Source: Deltaproteobacteria bacterium
GTDB lineage: Bacteria > Desulfobacterota > Binatia > UTPRO1
Length of the DNA: 64,000 nt
NCBI GenBank assembly: GCA_016200545.1
Contig: JACQEO010000084.1
Coordinates: 5,528 to 69,527, forward strand
Direction: 5' to 3'
Shown here: positions 58,514 to 64,000 of the stretch, one piece after another
Numbering within the stretch: position 1 is the stretch's first letter
How the letters are laid out: every line of letters begins with the position of its first letter
Notes under the pieces: generated by a model
What the model was told of the DNA's origin: nothing
What the model saw: the letters and a program-made list of their open reading frames with translations, nothing else
Database searches by the model: none
Made by a program: the position numbers and the translations under genes

Positions 58514-59089
58514 GTGATGATCACGGCGAACGAGTTCAAACGCGGTCTGCGAATCGAGATCGACGGCGATCCGTATCTGGTCATGGCCGTGCAGGTGCAA
58601 TCCCCCTCGGCGCGTGGCGCCAGCACCCTGGTGAAGGCGAAGGTGCGCAACCTGCGCAGCGGCAACGTCTTCGATCGCACCTTCAAAGCCAGCGACAAGG
58701 TCATCGAGGCGCAGCTCGAGTTGCGTCCGGTGCAGTATCTCTACCGCGACGACGACGGCTACCATTTCATGGACACCGCCTCCTACGAGCAGTTCGCGCT
58801 CAGCGCCGATGCGCTAGGTGACGACGCCGGTTACCTCATCGAAGGCCTCGCCGGCACGCGCTCGGTGGTGTTCAAAGGGAGCGTCATGAACATCGAGCTG
58901 CCGCAATCCGTCGTGCTGAGGATTCGCGAAACCGATCCGGCGGTGAAGGGCGCGACGGCGCACGCCCAGACAAAGCCCGCGACGCTCGAGACGGGCCTGG
59001 TGATCCAGGTCCCCGCATATCTCGAAAGCGGCGACGTCGTGCAGGTCGACACCGCGGAAGCCCGCTTCATGGCGCGCGCGAAAGCCTGA
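58514..59089 (+). CDS. efp: Translation elongation factor P
   Basis: '…ANEFKRGLRIEIDGDPYLVMAVQVQSPSARGASTLVKAKVRNLRSGNV…' gives the KOW-like domain with the conserved Lys loop and OB domains. Confidence 0.9.
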   Translation: MMITANEFKRGLRIEIDGDPYLVMAVQVQSPSARGASTLVKAKVRNLRSGNVFDRTFKASDKVIEAQLELRPVQYLYRDDDGYHFMDTASYEQFALSADALGDDAGYLIEGLAGTRSVVFKGSVMNIELPQSVVLRIRETDPAVKGATAHAQTKPATLETGLVIQVPAYLESGDVVQVDTAEARFMARAKA

Positions 59090-59193
59090 CGCGCTACCTG
59101 CGTCGGCTCCGACGACCCAGACCCTAACGGCTCACCGTTGCGGACGAACTCGCGCCAGGCGGCGAAGATTTCGGCGCGCCTCGAGTGCTCGCG

Positions 59194-59394
59194 CTACCGA
59201 GCGGCGCCGACCTCACGGAGGACGGCGCGCACCCCCATCCAGTACGTGAGGCTCGCGGCCGCAACCGTGGTGGCAAAGCCGACGGTGAGCTCGTTCACGC
59301 CGGCGATGTAGCTTCGCGGGATGACGAAGCCGTAGCCGATGATGAGGGTCGGCAGCACGAAGCCGAGAAGCGGGGTCCAATGGCGAAGTTTCAT
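59194..59394 (-). CDS. Small 2-TM membrane protein, hypothetical (66 aa)
   Basis: GGAG-N8-ATG; 'MKLRHWTPLLGFVLPTLIIGYGFVIPRSYIAGVNELTVGFATTVAAASLTYWMGV'. Confidence 0.4.
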   Translation of the reverse strand: MKLRHWTPLLGFVLPTLIIGYGFVIPRSYIAGVNELTVGFATTVAAASLTYWMGVRAVLREVGAAR

Positions 59395-59431
59395 GGATGG
59401 TTCTCCTGCGCAGTGGTCGTCATCGTACACG

Positions 59432-59572
59432 CTACCTTTTGTCCTTTGCCGCGGGACGCTGGTACTGGCTTTGCGTATCCTGTTTCGATTTCGCCGCCGT
59501 CGCTTCCTTGGCGGTCGCCGCGTCCCTCTTCTTTTGGTCCCGCTGTTTCGACTTCGGTGACTTGTCTCCCAT
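59432..59572 (-). CDS. Unlisted small ORF: 46-aa Lys/Gln-rich basic protein (MGDKSPKSKQRDQKKRDAATAKEATAAKSKQDTQSQYQRPAAKDKR)
   Basis: It is below the ORF-track size cutoff. A strong RBS (GGAGG-N6-ATG) sits in a locally AT-richer intergenic region divergent from copA. Confidence 0.35.
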   Translation of the reverse strand: MGDKSPKSKQRDQKKRDAATAKEATAAKSKQDTQSQYQRPAAKDKR

Positions 59573-59744
59573 ATTCGCCTCCCTTCATCGATAGTGACGC
59601 CATGCTTCCGTATCACGTACACCGTCGCACTTGGATCCCTCGGGACGGCTGGCGGGCCTCGAACCCGGGCTGGTACGACTACCCAATCGACACGGTGGCG
59701 AGCCTGGCAACCGCGGACGAGCTTCGAGCGGACGGAATCACGTT

Positions 59745-61892
59745 GTGACAACTAGCCCCGATACGCGCGTATACACCTGCCCCATGCACCCCGAGGTCCG
59801 TCAGGTCGGGCCCGGGTCCTGTCCCATCTGCGGCATGGCGCTCGAACCTGCGGAGGTGACGCTCGAAGACGAAGAACCGGATCCCGAGCTCGTGGACATG
59901 TCCCGCCGGCTCTGGGTCAGCTTCGTCCCGACGCTCCTCCTCTTTGTGGGGGCGATGTCGGAGATGCTACCCGGCGCCGCTTCGTTCTCGCACGTCTTCT
60001 CGATCCGCACGCGGACGTGGCTCGAGGTTGTCCTTGCGACGCCGGTGGTCCTCTGGGGCGGTGCACCGTTTTTCCAGCGTGCGTGGATGTCTCTCAAGAC
60101 CAGGCGGCTGAACATGTTCACGCTGATCGCCCTCGGCACGGGTGCCGCATACTTCAGCAGCGCCGTTGCCGTCTTTTTCCCGGATGCGTTCCCGGCGTCG
60201 TTTCGCGGCCACAATGGTGAAGTACCCCTCTACTTCGAAGCGGCGGCGGTGATTACGCTCCTTGTCCTTCTCGGCCAAGTGCTCGAGCTCCGCGCGCGCC
60301 GTCAAACGAGTGGCGCGATCAAGGGTCTCTTGGGGCTAGCCCCAAAGACTGCTCGGCTCGTCCGCGCCGACGGCGCGGAGCAAGACGTGCCGCTCGAATC
60401 GGTCAAAATCGGGGACCACCTTCGCATCCGACCGGGAGAGAAAGTGCCGGTCGACGGCATCGTTCTCGGCGGTCGAAGCTCGGTCGACGAATCGATGGTG
60501 ACTGGAGAATCGATCCCGGTCGAGAAGGGTCCCGGGGACACGGTGACGGGAGGCACCGTGAACGGCACCGGGAGCGTCATCATGGAGGCCCGACGAGTTG
60601 GGCGAGACACCCTCCTCTCACAAATCGTCGCAATGGTGAGCGAGGCTCAGCGGAGTCGCGCTCCCATCCAGCGTCTTGCGGATGTCGTCTCCGGCTACTT
60701 CGTTCCCGGCGTCGTGTTGGTCGCGTTTCTCACGTCTGCTGCGTGGATAGTGTTCGGGCCTGAGCCGCGCCTGGCCCACGCCTTCGTGAGTGCCGTGGCG
60801 GTTCTCATCATCGCTTGCCCGTGCGCTCTCGGACTCGCGACGCCGATGTCCATCATGGTCGGCGTCGGGCGCGGCGCGCATGCAGGCGTCCTCGTGAAGA
60901 ACGCCGAGGCACTCGAGACGCTCGAGCGGGTGGATACCCTCGTCGTCGACAAAACGGGGACGCTCACCGAAGGGAAACCCAAGCTCGTCCAGGTCGTATC
61001 GCTCGACGGAACGACCAACGAGGGCACGCTCCTTGTCCTGGGTGCAAGTCTGGAGCGCGCAAGCGAGCATCCTCTCGCAGCGGCCATCGTCTCCGGAGCA
61101 GCGGAACGAAAGCTCGCACTCTTGCCGGTCGAGAGATTCGAGTCGGTGACCGGGAAAGGAGTGCGCGGCACGGTACAAGGTGTGAACGTTGCCCTGGGTA
61201 ACGCTCGACTGCTTCAGACACTGGAGCTCGATAGCACCGCTGTGGAGAGCCGGGCTCTGGCCCTTCGAGAGGATGGCCAGACCGTGATGTACCTCGTCGC
61301 AGATGGGAAGATCGTCGCGCTCCTCGGCGTCGCCGATCCGGTCAAGCCGACGACCGCGGAAGCAGTCCGGGCGCTCGAGCTCGAGGGAGTCTCGGTCGTG
61401 ATGCTTACAGGCGACAACCGCAAGACCGCTCTGGCGGTAGCTCGCAAGGTCGGCATCAAAGACATCGAGGCCGAGGTGCTTCCGGATCAGAAAGCGGCCG
61501 TCGTTCGCCGCGAGCAGGAGCGCGGTCGCGTGGTGGCGATGGCTGGAGACGGCATCAACGACGCGCCGGCGCTCGCACAAGCCCATGTCGGAATCGCGAT
61601 GGGCACCGGCACGGATGTGGCGATTGCGAGCGCCGGGGTGACGCTCATCAAAGGCGACCTGCGCGGCATCGTCCGTGCACGGAAGCTCAGCCGCGCGACG
61701 ATGCGAAATATTCGACAGAACCTCTTCTTCGCGTTCATCTACAACGCGCTCGGGATTCCCATCGCGGCAGGTCTCCTCTACCCGACGTTCGGAGTCGTCC
61801 TGAGCCCGATGCTCGCGAGCGTCGCGATGAGCCTGAGCTCCGTGTCTGTTATCGCGAACGCGCTCCGACTGCAGCGCGTAACCCTCGAGTGA
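59745..61892 (+). CDS. copA: Copper-translocating P1B-type ATPase
   Basis: N-terminal 'YTCPMHPEV…[12 protein letters not shown]' metal-binding domain, TM CPC motif '[13 protein letters not shown]', phosphorylation 'DKTGTLT', '[10 protein letters not shown]'. GTG start inferred. Confidence 0.85.
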   Translation: MTTSPDTRVYTCPMHPEVRQVGPGSCPICGMALEPAEVTLEDEEPDPELVDMSRRLWVSFVPTLLLFVGAMSEMLPGAASFSHVFSIRTRTWLEVVLATPVVLWGGAPFFQRAWMSLKTRRLNMFTLIALGTGAAYFSSAVAVFFPDAFPASFRGHNGEVPLYFEAAAVITLLVLLGQVLELRARRQTSGAIKGLLGLAPKTARLVRADGAEQDVPLESVKIGDHLRIRPGEKVPVDGIVLGGRSSVDESMVTGESIPVEKGPGDTVTGGTVNGTGSVIMEARRVGRDTLLSQIVAMVSEAQRSRAPIQRLADVVSGYFVPGVVLVAFLTSAAWIVFGPEPRLAHAFVSAVAVLIIACPCALGLATPMSIMVGVGRGAHAGVLVKNAEALETLERVDTLVVDKTGTLTEGKPKLVQVVSLDGTTNEGTLLVLGASLERASEHPLAAAIVSGAAERKLALLPVERFESVTGKGVRGTVQGVNVALGNARLLQTLELDSTAVESRALALREDGQTVMYLVADGKIVALLGVADPVKPTTAEAVRALELEGVSVVMLTGDNRKTALAVARKVGIKDIEAEVLPDQKAAVVRREQERGRVVAMAGDGINDAPALAQAHVGIAMGTGTDVAIASAGVTLIKGDLRGIVRARKLSRATMRNIRQNLFFAFIYNALGIPIAAGLLYPTFGVVLSPMLASVAMSLSSVSVIANALRLQRVTLE

Positions 61893-62103
61893 AGAGCGCG
61901 AGGCAGCGCCGGACTCAACAAGCGAAAGCGCACCGTCGCCACGACGGCGTAACGACGATTGTGTAATTCTTACGCGCAACGTTTCCCATTTTCCCGGCTC
62001 GCGTGCGGTTTTGCTCCAGTGAGGAACGTTCACGGATTCTCGGAACGCTCCAGGATCATTGATGATTCATTCTGATGGCATCCGAGTTGCTTGATAGTCT
62101 CGG

Positions 62104-62877
62104 ATGCGAACGCTTTCGCGTACACGGGCAACGCTCGAGAAGCGATCCCGCACAATCCAGATCGTCGTCACGCCGGGATCCGGCAATGGTCGTGCGCTGA
62201 ATACGGCGCGCCGGCTGGACGAGGAGCTTCGGGCTCGCGGACATCCGGCCGGGCTCGAAGTGTTTTCCGACCGCGAATGCCTGCGCCGCTGGGCAACAAA
62301 GGGCGACGCGAAATTCTCCCTGTTGGTTTCCGTGGGCGGCGACGGGACGCAGGACACTGCCGCGGTCGCGGCCGTCCGGCGGTCGGTGCCATTTCTCTCG
62401 GTGCCCTACGGTTTCGGCAATCTCTTTGCGCGCGCCCTCGGGCATTCGCATCGTGTCGATGAGGTAGTCGATGCGCTCGAGTACGGCGAGCTCGTCAGCA
62501 TCGACGTCGGCGTGCGAAACGGTGAGCTCTTCCTCTGCCAAAAGAGCTACGGGTTGTTGGCGCAGATCGAAAACGAGGTGGGAATCGTCGGTCGGCCTCG
62601 TGTGCGACGGCGCCGCGACCTCGCGTACTACCGGATGGCGGTGCAGGTGGTGCGTCCGCGCTCGCGACCGATGCGACGCGACGTGGGCGGGCCCTTCCTG
62701 TTTTCGCCAACCGCCGGCGGCGCTGAACGTCAGCTGCTGCCTGACCGAACGGCCCTGCCAGGTCCCGGCCGCACCGACTCACACGATGCAACTCCGACGC
62801 GCGACAGCTTAGTATTGTCCAGATGGGCTTACGACCGACAGACAGGCACGCGGATGCGGTGCTCGGCCGCGACGTGA
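62104..62877 (+). CDS. Diacylglycerol-kinase catalytic-domain lipid kinase (DAGK_cat/YegS-like); C-terminal ~80 aa atypical (Arg/Pro-rich)
   Basis: 'IVVTPGSGNGRA…LLVSVGGDGTQ…SVPYGFGNLFARALG' are the DAGK_cat motifs. After '…AYYRMAVQVV' the sequence becomes low-complexity, which may indicate a frameshift or a degenerate accessory domain. Confidence 0.55.
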   Translation: MRTLSRTRATLEKRSRTIQIVVTPGSGNGRALNTARRLDEELRARGHPAGLEVFSDRECLRRWATKGDAKFSLLVSVGGDGTQDTAAVAAVRRSVPFLSVPYGFGNLFARALGHSHRVDEVVDALEYGELVSIDVGVRNGELFLCQKSYGLLAQIENEVGIVGRPRVRRRRDLAYYRMAVQVVRPRSRPMRRDVGGPFLFSPTAGGAERQLLPDRTALPGPGRTDSHDATPTRDSLVLSRWAYDRQTGTRMRCSAAT

Positions 62878-62938
62878 CCGTCCGCCTCGAGGTGGTGGTC
62901 ACGTCGGCATACGACGGCACCGACTGGGAGCGGGACAA

Positions 62939-64000
62939 GTGCCGTCAATGACGAGCGCGATCGAGATCCTGGGCGCCGACACGCTCCAGCGTTTGCCGCA
63001 GGTGACATCGGGAGCGGAGCGGTCCGTCCGCTATACGCGAGCGATCGTTCAGGACGGCGCGCGGTCGTACGTCGACAACGCCGACGTCGAGATGAAGGCG
63101 CTGGTCGTCGATGGAAAGGTGTTGCCACTCGTGCTCGCCAAGGCGGGCGGGGAGAACTCGAATGTTTGCTCGCCGTATTCGCACTATGTGCGGTACCTCG
63201 CCGCCGAACGCGCCATGCGCCATCCGCGGATCCCGCCGTTTCTGTTCGACGCCGCCGGACTGCCCGCCGGTCTGACGCTCAAGCTCGGGGGCATCGAGCG
63301 CGTCGTCTACGTAAACAACTGGCTCCTCGGCACCAACCCGAGCCCGGGGCTGTCGTCGGATCAGATCACCCGACTCACCGCCACGCTCGCGACCACCTAT
63401 CCACGCTCGGCGATCGTGTTCCGGTCGGTCAACCCGCGCCTTGACCCATCCGGTTTCGTTGCCCTGCAGCGAAACGGCTACCGGCTCGTCCGCAGTCGGT
63501 GGGTTTACGTGCTCGATCCCACGAGCGGCCGTCACCTGGCCCGCACGAACGTTCGCATGGATCTCGAGCTCTTGCGGCGCACCTCGTACGACGTCGTGGG
63601 CAGCTCCAAGGACCTCGAGCCGCATGTCGCTCGCATCACGACGCTGTACCGCGACCTGTACGTGCGCAAGTATCCCGACCTGAATCCCCAGTTCAATACG
63701 CGATTCTTCGCGCTCACGCTCCGAGACGAGGTCTTCACCTATCGCGCCCTCACGAACGACGGCCGCCTCGACGCCTTCACATCGTACTTCATCGAGGGCG
63801 GCGTTCTCACCGGTGTCGTCATCGGGCACGATCGGCAATTGCCGCGCACGCTCGGTCTCTATCGCATGGTCGTCGCAATCTTGATCGCGGAGGCCGCCGC
63901 CCGCGGGCTCCTGTTGAATATCAGTGCGGGCGCCGATCAGTACAAGATGCTGCGTGGTGCTCGCCCGGTGGATGAGTTCGATGCGGTGTACGAACGGCAT
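62939..64000 (+). CDS. FemAB/GNAT-like acyltransferase family protein (Acetyltransf_6-like), 3' end outside the window
   Basis: Not in the ORF track because no stop falls inside the window. An open frame from GTG at 62939 (GGGAG 8 nt upstream) or ATG at 62948 gives 'MTSAIEILGADTLQRLPQV…FTSYFIEGGVLTGVVIGHD…LYRMVVAILIAEAAARGLLLNISAGADQYKMLRGA…'. This is real-protein composition and a GNAT-like C-terminal motif. The listed 351-aa minus ORF is its antisense. Confidence 0.5.
   Translation, partial: MPSMTSAIEILGADTLQRLPQVTSGAERSVRYTRAIVQDGARSYVDNADVEMKALVVDGKVLPLVLAKAGGENSNVCSPYSHYVRYLAAERAMRHPRIPPFLFDAAGLPAGLTLKLGGIERVVYVNNWLLGTNPSPGLSSDQITRLTATLATTYPRSAIVFRSVNPRLDPSGFVALQRNGYRLVRSRWVYVLDPTSGRHLARTNVRMDLELLRRTSYDVVGSSKDLEPHVARITTLYRDLYVRKYPDLNPQFNTRFFALTLRDEVFTYRALTNDGRLDAFTSYFIEGGVLTGVVIGHDRQLPRTLGLYRMVVAILIAEAAARGLLLNISAGADQYKMLRGARPVDEFDAVYERH

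Noticed and set aside
61893-62103. Possible terminator or regulatory hairpins after copA (CCGTCG-cca-CGACGG, etc.)
   Set aside because: Stems are short (6 bp), there is no U-tract, and the signal was not distinct enough to call.
62945-64000. 351-aa minus-strand ORF at the window end
   Set aside because: Its translation is D/R/E/G-rich noise. The opposite (plus) strand in the same interval encodes a well-formed FemAB/GNAT-like protein that the track omitted only because its stop lies outside the window.

Overview
This window is high-GC (~70%) chromosomal DNA from a Gram-negative bacterium (OmpA, RND efflux, porin, lipoproteins); no tools were run, so family assignments come from reading motifs in the ORF track. 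Content and organisation resemble a Myxococcota/deltaproteobacteria-like or related environmental lineage, probably from a metagenome assembly. Gene density is high and there are no rRNA, tRNA, CRISPR, integrase or transposase signals.

Housekeeping blocks:
- gltB C-terminus and gltD.
- A bfd–lpdA–sucB–sucA cluster on the minus strand.
- glgC, EF-P, CspA, glnK–amtB, RlmN, acyl-CoA dehydrogenase, enoyl-CoA hydratase, aldehyde dehydrogenase, Leu/Phe-type dehydrogenase and an SDR.

Accessory and envelope content:
- A TetR-regulated RND efflux operon facing an FMN-reductase/methyltransferase operon.
- Two ABC importers (an amino-acid type with a fused substrate-binding/permease gene, and a Zn/Mn ZnuCB-like pair).
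- A CopA P-type ATPase, HupE/UreJ, and an orphan ZnuA-like binding protein.
- A porin plus two monoheme cytochromes c next to a Rieske oxygenase.
- Many secreted proteins: a metzincin protease, two beta-helix proteins, an OmpA-family protein, a Cys-rich tandem-module protein, a Thr/Pro-rich lipoprotein and an M20 peptidase.

Three observations stand out:
1. A ~180-200 aa cysteine-rich C-terminal module (…C-x-D-G-x-P-x-CD-x-D…DG-x-CTFHVAVC-x-N-x-x-DPR…) is shared by two unrelated secreted proteins 30 kb apart; it could be a sorting or anchoring domain.
2. An AspH/LpxO-family dioxygenase sits 10 nt upstream of, and is probably co-transcribed with, a GT-C glycosyltransferase carrying TPR repeats (TMTC/PMT-like).
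3. Several accessory genes are disrupted: two in-frame stops sit exactly at conserved Trp codons in two different ABC permeases (TGG to TGA, TGG to TAG), and at least four frameshifts lie in C homopolymers. These are either systematic assembly errors or ongoing pseudogenisation.

Smaller items are a perfect Fur-box-like palindrome at bfd, a 46-aa Lys-rich ORF with a strong RBS upstream of copA that the ORF track does not list, a small acidic ORF coupled to a MetE-like gene, and a C-terminally degenerate lipid kinase followed by a FemAB/GNAT-like gene at the window end.
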